Shown here: piece after piece, positions 1 to 8,341 of the stretch | Position numbering within the stretch: position 1 is the first letter of the stretch | How the letters are laid out: each line of letters begins with the position of its first letter | Source of the DNA: a virus | IMG/VR virus record: IMGVR_UViG_3300045988_159805 | Direction: 5' to 3' (one strand) | DNA length: 53,380 nucleotides | Translations under genes and position numbers: made by a program | The notes under the pieces: model-generated | Told to the model about the DNA's origin: nothing | What the model saw: the letters and a program-made list of their open reading frames with translations, nothing else | Database searches by the model: none

Positions 1-153
1 CACTGCTGCATCATGCCCGGTGATAACACCATCCATATCCACATCGCCCGGCGCATATGCTCCCTCAGCGCCGGCGCTCATGGCAGAAATGGGAAGTGCA
101 GACAGAGCCAGAACACCAGCTAGTACAGCGGAAATTGCCTTTCTCATTTTCAT
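1..153 (-). CDS. 5' part of secreted dockerin-repeat protein (start codon 151-153; runs off window start)
   Basis: ATG preceded by AAGGAGG (157-163, minus). Translation MKMRKAISAVLAGVLALSALPISAMSAGAEGAYAPGDVDMDGVITGHDAA is a signal peptide followed by a DxDxDG dockerin-type loop. Absent from the ORF track because there is no stop in the window. Confidence 0.7.
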   Translation of the reverse strand, partial: MKMRKAISAVLAGVLALSALPISAMSAGAEGAYAPGDVDMDGVITGHDAAV

Positions 154-166
154 ATGAATTCCTCCT

Positions 167-1042
167 TTAACCATTGTACACATATGTTACAGGGAATAAG
201 GTATCGATTTTATCATTTGTAATATCTTTACCTGCACCCTTTTGTGCAACGTATAACATCAACTCGTCTTTGTCATCTTCTTTAATCCATCCATCTTGTG
301 TAACATCTGCAACTGCTGCACACTTCAAAAAGGAATAATTTTTATACCAACTACTGTTTTTGTTTTTTAATTCTGCATCTAATTCAACTGTGCTTATCTT
401 ATTATCTTTTGCCTCAGCAACCATCTGCATCAAGTAGAAGATATCTGTTGTATCGACTTTATTGTTGCAGTTGATATCTCCTAATCTGACATACTCATTC
501 TGTGAAACCTTGACTGTTGCATCGGATGAACTAAAATCTTCATCAGGTTCATACCTATAATTATTGCTCGATTCACTTGGGCAACTGTAATCCACAAAAG
601 CAATCTTAAATTCATGTGTTCCTTTATCGTTCTTATCAATATCGTATTCGATATAATTTTCCAATACTCCGGAAGATGTTTTGCCCATCACACAAATGAG
701 AAAACTTTGATGATTTTCTTCATTATAGTAATAATTTGAAATTAATGCATCTTCAGGAGCAGAATATCTCGGGTCTTCTTGTGTGTGTTGTTTAGCCTTA
801 AATGCAGGGTCAGATTTAACTGCAATCGAATAGTTTGCAATACCTGGATTGTTTGTGATTTTTATTGTTAATCTGATTCTCGTATCAGATACCCTTGTGG
901 TGTACACTGTATACTCCATCTTGGTATTAAGACCATTGATGGTAAGCGCACTCGCCGGAACAGCCATTGCTCCGGACAGACCGGTTACGATTGCGCCAAC
1001 TGCCAGAACAGCAGCGGCTTTCGATAAAATCTTCTTTTTCAT
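167..1042 (-). CDS. secreted protein with C-terminal type-I dockerin module
   Basis: Trimmed from ORF 167..1252 to the internal start MKKKILSKAAAVLAVGAIVTG (signal peptide). C-terminus has two dockerin repeats (GDINCNNKVDTTDIFYLMQMVA; ADVTQDGWIKEDDKDELMLYVA). The gene is visibly AT-rich compared with its neighbours. Confidence 0.75.
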   Translation of the reverse strand: MKKKILSKAAAVLAVGAIVTGLSGAMAVPASALTINGLNTKMEYTVYTTRVSDTRIRLTIKITNNPGIANYSIAVKSDPAFKAKQHTQEDPRYSAPEDALISNYYYNEENHQSFLICVMGKTSSGVLENYIEYDIDKNDKGTHEFKIAFVDYSCPSESSNNYRYEPDEDFSSSDATVKVSQNEYVRLGDINCNNKVDTTDIFYLMQMVAEAKDNKISTVELDAELKNKNSSWYKNYSFLKCAAVADVTQDGWIKEDDKDELMLYVAQKGAGKDITNDKIDTLFPVTYVYNG

Positions 1043-1138
1043 ATCAATGAATCCCTTTCTAATCCTGTTTTTAGAAAAGCGCCTTTCTCTATCTTTAGTA
1101 TACACTATGATTTTCGAAAAGTCAATAGAAAAAGAAGA

Positions 1139-1201
1139 ATTCGACAAAATCTCGTGAACTTTTTTCCGACACATTTCGACATGGTTCGACAAAATTCGAC
1201 A
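1139..1201. promoter_or_regulatory. array of five TTCGACA motifs upstream of the 167-1042 gene
   Basis: TTCGACA/TCCGACA starts at 1139, 1166, 1175, 1185 and 1195. The last three are spaced exactly 10 bp apart. Confidence 0.4.
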
Positions 1202-1317
1202 AAACCAGGTTCTATTTATAGTATACGCTATTTCCCCGAAAATGTCAACCATTTTATGATGCGAACTTCAACAAAATATGACCATTCCTTTTGTGCATTT
1301 TGCAGAGCATCCGGAAC

Positions 1318-2202
1318 TCAGAAGTTTCCGGAAACGATCTGGTCGAACGTCAGCGGCATTCCTGCGCCGCCGTATGCGATATACACCATAAGATAGAACA
1401 GGTCGGTAGAGTCCACCGTGCCGTTCTTGTCAATGTCGCACGCCTCCGGAACGACCTCTGCCGGCGGCTCCTGTCCCACGGCACGCAGGGCGATGTAATA
1501 CATCAGATAAAAGGTGTCCGTGGCATCAATCTTGCCGCTGTTGTCCACGTCGCCCAGGGCATAGGGACGATACAGCAGGGAAATTTCACGGCTGACGTTC
1601 CAGTCCCCGTCATCTGTGATCTCCGACCGGGCAGAGGTGGCAGAGACCGGTGTGTCCATCCCGTCCGGGAATGTGACACTATAATAGTAGGTGCTGTTTC
1701 CCACCACCGATGCCTCCGACTTGGGGTCAGCGATGATGACGTTCTTGTCCTCGAACACAGCGTCGTCCGTTGCCGGCTCGCTGATGGTGACATTATAGAC
1801 AGACGCATACGTGCAGGTGAGCGCCTGGGTCGTGTATGTATTCCTGAACAGCGACGGATCCAGCGGCACTTCGTTGTAGTCCAGCAGCAGCACGTATTCC
1901 GTGATATCCGCATCTTTCGCCGGCGCTAAGTCCAGATCGTAGTAGACGGACGGCTTTTCGGAGGAATACTTGGTCACCTTGAGATGCACCGGATTGTCCT
2001 GCACCGATATGCTGATCCTGCCTGTGATCTGGCTTTCCGGGATGGGCTTTGTGCCGCCTGTGCCGGAGAGCCGGTCGCTTTTGTCCAGCTGGATGGTCTT
2101 TACCGTGGGCTGCTGCTCTTCAGCGGACGCAGCCCAGTACAGTCCCGGCATGGTGCAGCAGAGCGCTGCGGCAGTGATGCCTGCCAACAATTTCTGAAAC
2201 AT
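1318..2202 (-). CDS. secreted protein with C-terminal type-I dockerin module
   Basis: AAGGAGG RBS. N-terminal signal peptide MFQKLLAGITAAALCC. C-terminus GDVDNSGKIDATDTFYLMYYIA ... CDIDKNGTVDSTDLFYLMVYIA. Confidence 0.8.
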   Translation of the reverse strand: MFQKLLAGITAAALCCTMPGLYWAASAEEQQPTVKTIQLDKSDRLSGTGGTKPIPESQITGRISISVQDNPVHLKVTKYSSEKPSVYYDLDLAPAKDADITEYVLLLDYNEVPLDPSLFRNTYTTQALTCTYASVYNVTISEPATDDAVFEDKNVIIADPKSEASVVGNSTYYYSVTFPDGMDTPVSATSARSEITDDGDWNVSREISLLYRPYALGDVDNSGKIDATDTFYLMYYIALRAVGQEPPAEVVPEACDIDKNGTVDSTDLFYLMVYIAYGGAGMPLTFDQIVSGNF

Positions 2203-2214
2203 GGTACAGCCTCC

Positions 2215-2955
2215 TTAATACGGCATAGTGAACTGACTCACACGCCATGCGCCACGCTCCATGACCAGGGTGAAGGTGTCGGTCTGCTCTGAGGTGTCGC
2301 CGCTGTCCGGCTCTTCATAGGAGGCAGTGACGGAGAAGGTCAGCGTGCTGTCTGTGCTTGCGGTGAGCGCCGTCACCTTTGCGGAGACATAGGAGATATC
2401 GGCACCACGGTCGCCCAGTCTGCCGTAGAGCTTGTCGTCTACCATCTGGAACATTCCGTCGAAGTCGGATTCATGTCCGGACTGCGCAAAGACAGAATAG
2501 TATTCCGCCTCTGCCGCCTCGATGGAGTCGCAGCTGGTGATGCGCACATAGCCGTCCTCGGTGGTGTCGCTGTTGTCATAGGTGAAACAGTCGCTGGTGC
2601 AGCGATAGGTGTAATAGGTCTGGCAGGCGGTGTCGTAGATCTGCTGTGCCTGCGCCACCCACTGGTCGGCAGTCATGCCGGTGTCGCCGATGGTCTCCTG
2701 GCTCTGTGCCGCCGGAGCATCTGTGGTCTCGGCGGTGCTTTCCTCTTCCGATGCGGAGAGGTCGGTGTCCGTCTCGGCAGTTTCTGCCGCAGGCTCGGTC
2801 TCGGCGGTCTCTGCCGGAGCAGTGGTCTCGGCGGCGGTAGTTGCCGCATTCATGTCCACCTGGGTCTGGCTGCCGTCGGAAACGTCTGTACAGCCTGTCA
2901 TCAAAGCCGCCATGGTGCAGAGTGCAGCAAAGGCAGCCATCATTTTCTTTTGCAT
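2215..2955 (-). CDS. lipoprotein, unknown function
   Basis: Trimmed to MQKKMMAAFAALCTMAALMTGC (lipobox LMTGC) with a GGAG RBS. An acidic Thr/Ala/Glu-rich linker is followed by a globular C-terminal part. Confidence 0.7.
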   Translation of the reverse strand: MQKKMMAAFAALCTMAALMTGCTDVSDGSQTQVDMNAATTAAETTAPAETAETEPAAETAETDTDLSASEEESTAETTDAPAAQSQETIGDTGMTADQWVAQAQQIYDTACQTYYTYRCTSDCFTYDNSDTTEDGYVRITSCDSIEAAEAEYYSVFAQSGHESDFDGMFQMVDDKLYGRLGDRGADISYVSAKVTALTASTDSTLTFSVTASYEEPDSGDTSEQTDTFTLVMERGAWRVSQFTMPY

Positions 2956-3375
2956 GAAAACTCCTTTCACAAAAGGGCGTGTTTCTGTCACGATCCCGGT
3001 GCATTCCCCTCAGAGCGCTGCACAGCGTCCCCCTGCACCCGTGGATCTCCGCTGCACCAGCCAAAGCGTATCCCGGTGCAGTTACCCCTGTCCTCTATTA
3101 TACCACGGCTTTTCGGAAAAGGCAAGCATTTTCTGATGGAACAAACTGCGAGGTGTCCGGCGTTTTCATGGCGTGAATTTTTCATCGTAGGGTGAATGCT
3201 GTTCGCCCGTTGGGATGCCTTTTCTTTTTGGAAAAAGGTCGGGTCGATGTGGCTTGCTATCCTTGGTCAAGTCTGCCGTCGCCATTTCCGCTGGGCGACG
3301 GGCTGGGCATCGACCCCTACGGATTTCACGCTGCGAAATCCTGCAAGTCTGATTTTTCACACTATAATCAAAAAA

Positions 3376-3466
3376 GAAATAACCGCCCCAGAACTGCAAA
3401 ACTCGGACAGTTATTTCTAAAATAATCTTACCTTGGGAGCAGACCGTCTACTGGTATGCTCTTTCT
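3376..3466 (-). ncRNA. degenerate copy of the candidate antisense sRNA (see 3755-3840)
   Basis: Minus-strand promoter TTGACA(3496-3501)-17 nt-TATCAT(3473-3478). The body is near-identical to the 3798-3840 copy. The terminator stem is partly eroded. An upstream remnant ...IFHTIIKKE resembles the toxin C-terminus. Confidence 0.35.
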
Positions 3467-3561
3467 ACTTCTATGATACGCCGGAATGCTCTGTTTGTCA
3501 AGGGCTTTTGTGAAAAGGTTTTGCATCATGTGGGCGAACACTGCCCGTCTCTGTGGTAAAT

Positions 3562-3590
3562 TTGACAATTTTTGCAGAGTGTGGTATACT
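3562..3590 (+). promoter_or_regulatory. sigma-A type promoter for the small hydrophobic peptide gene
   Basis: TTGACA(3562-3567)-17 nt-TGgTATACT(3582-3590). Confidence 0.6.
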
Positions 3591-3655
3591 GGTTTTTGAG
3601 GGCATACCAATAACGGTAGGCGGTCTATTCCAGCTCCCGGAAGGGAGTGAGTAGT

Positions 3656-3763
3656 ATGGAATACGTAACTTGGTCAGATTTGATTCAGTACAGTATCCTG
3701 ATCGTTGCTATTATAGCAGTGATGCACGATATTTTCCATAACAACGACAACAAACGGAAATAA
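3656..3763 (+). CDS. 35-aa hydrophobic peptide, type-I toxin / holin-like toxin candidate
   Basis: Not in the ORF track (<60 aa). RBS GGAAGGGAG. Translation MEYVTWSDLIQYSILIVAIIAVMHDIFHNNDNKRK has one TM helix and a basic tail. It is followed by a bidirectional hairpin and a convergent promoter. Confidence 0.55.
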   Translation: MEYVTWSDLIQYSILIVAIIAVMHDIFHNNDNKRK

Positions 3764-3840
3764 CCGCCCCGACTGCTAAACCTGGGCGGTTATTCAAAAA
3801 CGCTATAAGGGAGCAGACCGTCTACTGGTATGCTCTTTCT
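3755..3840 (-). ncRNA. candidate cis-antisense sRNA (antitoxin-like) convergent with the peptide gene
   Basis: Minus-strand promoter TTGACA(3870-3875)-17 nt-TATAAT(3847-3852). The hairpin AATAACCGCCC...GGGCGGTTATT (3764-3797) plus a U-rich tract on the minus strand overlaps the 3' end of the peptide ORF. Confidence 0.45.
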
Positions 3841-4111
3841 ATTTCTATTATACGCCGGAATGCCCCGTTTGTCAAGGGCTTTTTTGTTGTTTGACAAATT
3901 GTGTGGTGTCCGGCGTTTCGATCGTGTAAATCTTTCCCTGTGCAATGTGATTGGAAACCCAGGGGCGAACGATGTTCGCCCCTACGGGTTTGTTTGCAAT
4001 GTGTTTTTATTGCAGGGACTTTTCAAAGATGCAGCATCCTAAACGCACTCCTCACCCCAAAACCAAAAAGCACGCAACCCCGGGAACTTCCCGAAACTGC
4101 GTGCAAATTCT

Positions 4112-4156
4112 TGGAGCTGTTAACCAGATTCGAACTGGTGACCTCTTCCTTACCAA
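4112..4156. repeat. att copy 1: 45-nt duplicate of the tRNA-Thr 3' segment (outer junction of the satellite-like element)
   Basis: Identical to 13398-13442 and 42353-42397. Imperfect similarity extends ~55 nt leftward through a terminator-like hairpin (4058-4105). Confidence 0.85.
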
Positions 4157-5094
4157 AGTGAAGAAACACCTTTTCAACTCTTTTCAATTCTGCTGAAACC
4201 AACGCATTTCCCGCACTTTTCCCGTTCCCGCCTGTTGAAATCTGTTGCCATCTGTAGTGCCCTAACCGGCTTTTAGTGCCCTCATAGTGTCCTCGCAGTG
4301 TCCTCGATCTGATCGGCGGTGCCTGCTGCATATCCCCGCAAAGGCGAACCCGCCCATTTTTGAGCAGCTTGCTTTGTGCGTGGTGAAATCCCGCAAAGGG
4401 GGCTATTGCTCATTTTTGAGTAATAGGTCTGACGGCAAGGCAGGCTCCACAGTCTAACCTAGCGTAAACCCGCCCCAGAAAAGCCCCGTGCTGCCCTCTG
4501 AGCCGTTCTGCCTGCTCTTTCGGAAAGGAACCAGAGGAAACGCAAGGTGGCTCTGCGGGGCTTGTGGAGGTGTCTATGTGTATTTCTGTGTACAAGCGGC
4601 TTTTCTGCTCTGCTGCCTTTTTGCGTGAGATCGGCACAGAATTGTGCCCACTCCACAAATTGCGGAGCGACACGAAACTACAACCCGTCAATTTGTCGCC
4701 CAGTCCCCAGCGACAAGGGCGTAACTCTGGCGGACACCCTGAAACGGGGTAGTGCAAAAGGGAGTAGCGAAACGCGACACCCTCGCAAAGGGTAGGAACG
4801 AAATTCCGCACCCTGTTCTGCTGACCGGAACCAGATTCCGTGCATCTGTCCAGAGCGGCAGCACGAAAAATATAAACTTCTGGATTTTTCAGAGGCATGC
4901 ACCCACGCAGAGAGCCTCTGTGCGGCTCTGTACGGTGTTTTCCTGTGCCGGTCGGGTGCTTTCCCGTGGAGCAGGACGGACGGCTTACAAGGGTGTACAG
5001 CGTGCGGAAATGTTGAGAAATGTTGAGGTTTTCAAAAAATACAAAAAAAAGGGCAGACGCTGCCGCCTGCCTTTTGTGTGTTGTGTCTTGATGC

Positions 5095-5568
5095 TCAGAG
5101 TTCCACAGGCAGTGTGGAAAGCTGCCGGAGCTTTTCCTGTGCTGCTGCCTGCTCTGCGTCGGTGAAATCCTTGTCAACATTGTTCGCCCGAAAGCGGTAA
5201 TAACACAGTATTTCTTCCCTTGTCTGCTGTGCCACACGGTACTGAACGGAAATAGGAACGCATGCACACACTTTCGGCGGCTGGTCGAATCCCCGCAGTT
5301 CTGCCGGAAACTTCCCACCATGGGCAAACCACAAAAACGTCTGCACTGCAACGGCGTTCGGAATATAGCAATGATGCGAATAATACACCTTTACGGTACG
5401 GAAAAGGAAAATGCGTAGCGTTTCATAGAGCATCTGAAAGCGGTCATGTCTGTAGCCGTATTCGGACGGCTGAAACGTCTTTGCTGCCTCTGTGTAGCAC
5501 CAGCAGAACAAAAGCCGCCGCTGCCGGTCTAGCTGGGTTTCTCTGTCCAGCTGCAAAATACTTTTCAT
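5095..5568 (-). CDS. hypothetical protein
   Basis: Trimmed to MKSILQLDRETQ with a GGAGGA RBS. A bidirectional hairpin terminator lies just downstream (5050-5085). Confidence 0.55.
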   Translation of the reverse strand: MKSILQLDRETQLDRQRRLLFCWCYTEAAKTFQPSEYGYRHDRFQMLYETLRIFLFRTVKVYYSHHCYIPNAVAVQTFLWFAHGGKFPAELRGFDQPPKVCACVPISVQYRVAQQTREEILCYYRFRANNVDKDFTDAEQAAAQEKLRQLSTLPVEL

Positions 5569-5695
5569 GTGTAGAAATTCCTCCTTGACATACACCAAAA
5601 AACGTGCTATAATCACTATCAAGCATTTTTTCAGTGCTTATGGTTTGGCTCTCCTGTGTTCCTTGGTCGGTTTTGCAGGAGGGCTTTTCTTTTGG

Positions 5696-5965
5696 TTATC
5701 GCTGGAGCAGGTCAAACGCCGCACTTGTTTCCAGCGATAAAGCCTCCGTACTGTGTTCTTTCAGCCACTGCACAAGCTTTGCGGTGGTCTGTTGTACATC
5801 TTCGCCGTCGTAGAGTTCCGGGTGTTGCAAGCGTGATTGCAAGCACCGGAGCTGCCACTTGTAATCGCTCATCATTTTCAATTCGATCACGGGCACGCCC
5901 TGTGCATATTCCTCCACCGTGTATGTTGTTCCGGCAATTGTGCACGTTTCTGCTGTCTGGTTCAT
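5696..5965 (-). CDS. hypothetical protein
   Basis: Trimmed to MNQTAETCTIAGTTY with a GAGGTGA RBS. Confidence 0.5.
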   Translation of the reverse strand: MNQTAETCTIAGTTYTVEEYAQGVPVIELKMMSDYKWQLRCLQSRLQHPELYDGEDVQQTTAKLVQWLKEHSTEALSLETSAAFDLLQR

Positions 5966-6071
5966 AGTATCACCTCGCTTTTTTGTTCCGCAAAAGCCGT
6001 TTCGGTTTTCTCCTGCTCTCTGGGTGAGTTTTCCGCTGCCTGTCGCTTTCACTGTCTATATTATATCATAC

Positions 6072-6165
6072 GTGTACAAGTATATCAATTGGCAGAATCA
6101 ACAAACTTGTACAAGTATATTTGGTGATTTTTATACTTGTACAAGTTCTTGAATTGTGGTATAAT
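6072..6165. promoter_or_regulatory. three palindromic CTTGTACAAG operators overlapping a TGnTATAAT promoter
   Basis: Operators at 6072-6084, 6106-6119 and 6132-6146. The -35 TTGTAC (6137-6142) lies inside the third operator, followed by a 17-nt spacer and the extended -10 TGgTATAAT (6157-6165). Confidence 0.6.
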
Positions 6166-6223
6166 ATTTGTAGAATAGGAGTGGTGTCTGTACAAAGCAC
6201 CCGTTTATAAAGGAGGAAAAACA

Positions 6224-6445
6224 ATGGCAGGAAACGCAAGCACAAGGGCTAAAAACAAATACGCCGCAAGTAACTATGATAGCCTTCGTATTGTTGTCCC
6301 CAAAGGCAGCAAAGCCATTATTAAAGCCGCCGCAGAACAAACCACGGGCGGCAGTATCAACGGATATGTAAAACACGCCATTAACGAACAGCTGAAAAAA
6401 GATGGTTTCACGGAGATGCAAAAGCAAGGCAACGACGAAGAATAA
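6224..6445 (+). CDS. small DNA-binding protein, ribbon-helix-helix-like (putative)
   Basis: AGGAGG RBS. Pattern NYDSLRIVVPKGSKAIIKAAAEQTTGGSINGYVKHAINEQL resembles RHH-type regulators of plasmids and IMEs. Confidence 0.5.
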   Translation: MAGNASTRAKNKYAASNYDSLRIVVPKGSKAIIKAAAEQTTGGSINGYVKHAINEQLKKDGFTEMQKQGNDEE

Positions 6446-6474
6446 GCCTGCTCCGTGGAAAAGAGGTGGAAACA

Positions 6475-6693
6475 ATGCCGATCAAGTATGACAAGCTAAT
6501 CAAACGTATGCAGGAAGCAGGCATTACAAGCTACACGATAAAACGGGATAAGATCATAGGGCAAGCAACGTATAAGAAAATCATGGAGGGCGGCGATATT
6601 GACACTAGAACAATCGCAAAACTCTGCAAAGTGCTACACTGTCAGCCCGGCGATCTCATGGAGTACACAGAGGAGGACAACGAGCAGGCATAG
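6475..6693 (+). CDS. XRE/Cro-type helix-turn-helix protein
   Basis: GAGGTGG RBS. Motifs GITSYTIKRDKIIGQATYKKI and IAKLCKVLHCQPGDLMEY are typical HTH_26/XRE-like. Confidence 0.6.
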   Translation: MPIKYDKLIKRMQEAGITSYTIKRDKIIGQATYKKIMEGGDIDTRTIAKLCKVLHCQPGDLMEYTEEDNEQA

Positions 6694-6760
6694 AACGAAA
6701 ACCGCATACCACACAAAAAGCCGACTGCACAGGGCACACACCCCGCAGCCGGCTTTTCTG

Positions 6761-7492
6761 CTATTCTCTGCACTGCTGCACAAGATCGAAACGATCTGGC
6801 AAGTATTCCATATGCTGCACAGCGTTCCACCGCTTGTGTGCTTGGTATTCCCGCCGCAGTTCTTGCAGCACCGAAGAACGCCGCAGCTCCTGCAAAGCTT
6901 TGCTTTTCTTGTTGGAAACATTCTGGTAAGTACAGCCCCACCGCTGGGCGATGTCCACGAGGGAAACACCTTGAAAGAAATACAGTTCAATCACTTCCCG
7001 CAGACGTTCCGGCAGTCTGTCCACTGCCTCATGCACAAGGCGGCTTTCTTCGTCCTGCTCCAGCTGAGATAATACCGCCGTTTCAATGTCTGTCCCCTTG
7101 TCTGGCAAGATGTCCGCAAGCGTTACCTTGCCTTCCTCTGACTGGTTCTTGATCGGCATATCCAAAGAGGCAGCCTCGTTCAGCGGCTCCCGTTTGGTGG
7201 AGCGTGTCCCCGTCAGCTCTGCAAGCAGCGTGTGGAACGGATAAGACAAGTAGCTGATGAACTTAATGCCTGTTTCCGGCTTGTACCCTTTGAGAGCACT
7301 CAGAAACGCCGTATAGCAGCCTTGCCGAATGTCCCATAGTTCCACGCCGCACTGCTGGAAAACGCTCTGGCGGGCGTTATAGGTTTGTTTGGCTTTCAAC
7401 CAGAGCAACGGCTTTACTTTCTCCCAGAGTAGGGGCACGAGTTCTTCGTTTTCCGGCTGTTGTGCCAGTGCCGCCAGCTGTTCATTTGTCAT
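6761..7492 (-). CDS. sigma-70 family RNA polymerase sigma factor-like protein
   Basis: Trimmed to MTNEQLAALAQ with a GGGAGG RBS. Region-4-like segment LPERLREVIELYFFQGVSLVDIAQRWGCTYQNVSNKKSKALQELR. Confidence 0.65.
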   Translation of the reverse strand: MTNEQLAALAQQPENEELVPLLWEKVKPLLWLKAKQTYNARQSVFQQCGVELWDIRQGCYTAFLSALKGYKPETGIKFISYLSYPFHTLLAELTGTRSTKREPLNEAASLDMPIKNQSEEGKVTLADILPDKGTDIETAVLSQLEQDEESRLVHEAVDRLPERLREVIELYFFQGVSLVDIAQRWGCTYQNVSNKKSKALQELRRSSVLQELRREYQAHKRWNAVQHMEYLPDRFDLVQQCRE

Positions 7493-7715
7493 TCCAGCAA
7501 CCTCCCTTTTCCGGAATACCCCCGCCCGTTCATTCTGCGATCTCCTGCACGGCATTGGGCTCCGGTCTTTTCATAGCCTGCTCCGTGGGGATTTTCACAC
7601 CCCCACGCTCTCCGGCTCACCTGCTCTCGTGCGTGCGTGTGACGATGTCAGTTTACGCCGCTTTTCTCGTTCTCCCGTGCGTGTGACGATGTCAACAAAC
7701 GTCAAAATAGGCTGT

Positions 7716-7937
7716 TCAGTCGATATCGAAGAACTTGTCACCTTCACGCAGTGAGATAGCAAGGCTTTCCCATTTTGTCCGTGCTACAAAAGAAGACGGA
7801 CACTCACAAATTACAACGTAGTCCTCATAGTCTACCATGACACCAACTATTTTTGTGCTGTCGTCAGGTGAGATCAGAACAACTTGCAAATTATCTGTGT
7901 TGAAAATTCTTCTCATTTGTTTGTTGATGATGTACAT
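7716..7937 (-). CDS. hypothetical protein
   Basis: GGAGG RBS directly upstream of the ATG. Confidence 0.5.
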   Translation of the reverse strand: MYIINKQMRRIFNTDNLQVVLISPDDSTKIVGVMVDYEDYVVICECPSSFVARTKWESLAISLREGDKFFDID

Positions 7938-7968
7938 AAAAAGTTACCTCCTAGTCGGTTTCTCTCGG

Positions 7969-8316
7969 TTAGTTCTCTGTTCGTTCCGTTTCCTGCAACG
8001 CATACAGCACCGCCTGCACAGTACGAATCCCGCCCCGCAGCTGTTGGCGTTCCTGCGGCTTGTCCTCCGGCTCTGCCTCTCGTTCCAGTCGCTCCAGATG
8101 TCCGCACAAGCTAAGCAAGTACGCCTGCCAGAACGCCACGGACTGCGGCTTGCGGCTTGCCAGAGCCTGCTCCACGTTCCGGAACGCTCCGGCATAGTAC
8201 GGGGCATCAGTGGGAATGTCGGCACGCTGGAGGGCTGCGGCGGCGGGGTTTGGCGGCGGAGCAGGCGGGGCAGCAGTTACGTTCAGCATCTCTTGAAACA
8301 CGTTTTGAAACTCCAT
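7969..8316 (-). CDS. hypothetical protein
   Basis: Trimmed to MEFQNVFQEML. The upstream part of ORF 7969..8508 is a translated repeat array. Confidence 0.45.
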   Translation of the reverse strand: MEFQNVFQEMLNVTAAPPAPPPNPAAAALQRADIPTDAPYYAGAFRNVEQALASRKPQSVAFWQAYLLSLCGHLERLEREAEPEDKPQERQQLRGGIRTVQAVLYALQETERTEN

Positions 8317-8341
8317 GAAATTCTCCGTTTCTTGAAAATTG

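Noticed and set aside
1291-1929. 212-aa plus-strand ORF, plus other overlapping ORFs across 1300-3200
   Set aside because: These are shadows of the GC-rich dockerin and lipoprotein genes on the minus strand. They have no RBS and are Arg/Gly/Val-rich.
4112-4156. Possible additional tRNA genes at 4112-4156 and 13398-13442
   Set aside because: They contain only the 3' 45 nt of tRNA-Thr (T arm, variable region, 3' anticodon-stem half). They lack a 5' acceptor strand and a D arm, so they are att duplications rather than genes.
4410-5351. 313-aa minus-strand ORF in the satellite-like element
   Set aside because: It has an Arg/Ser/Cys/Pro-rich composition and no RBS. It overlaps the better-supported 5095-5568 gene in another frame. 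I treat the region as non-coding (see the structured-RNA finding).
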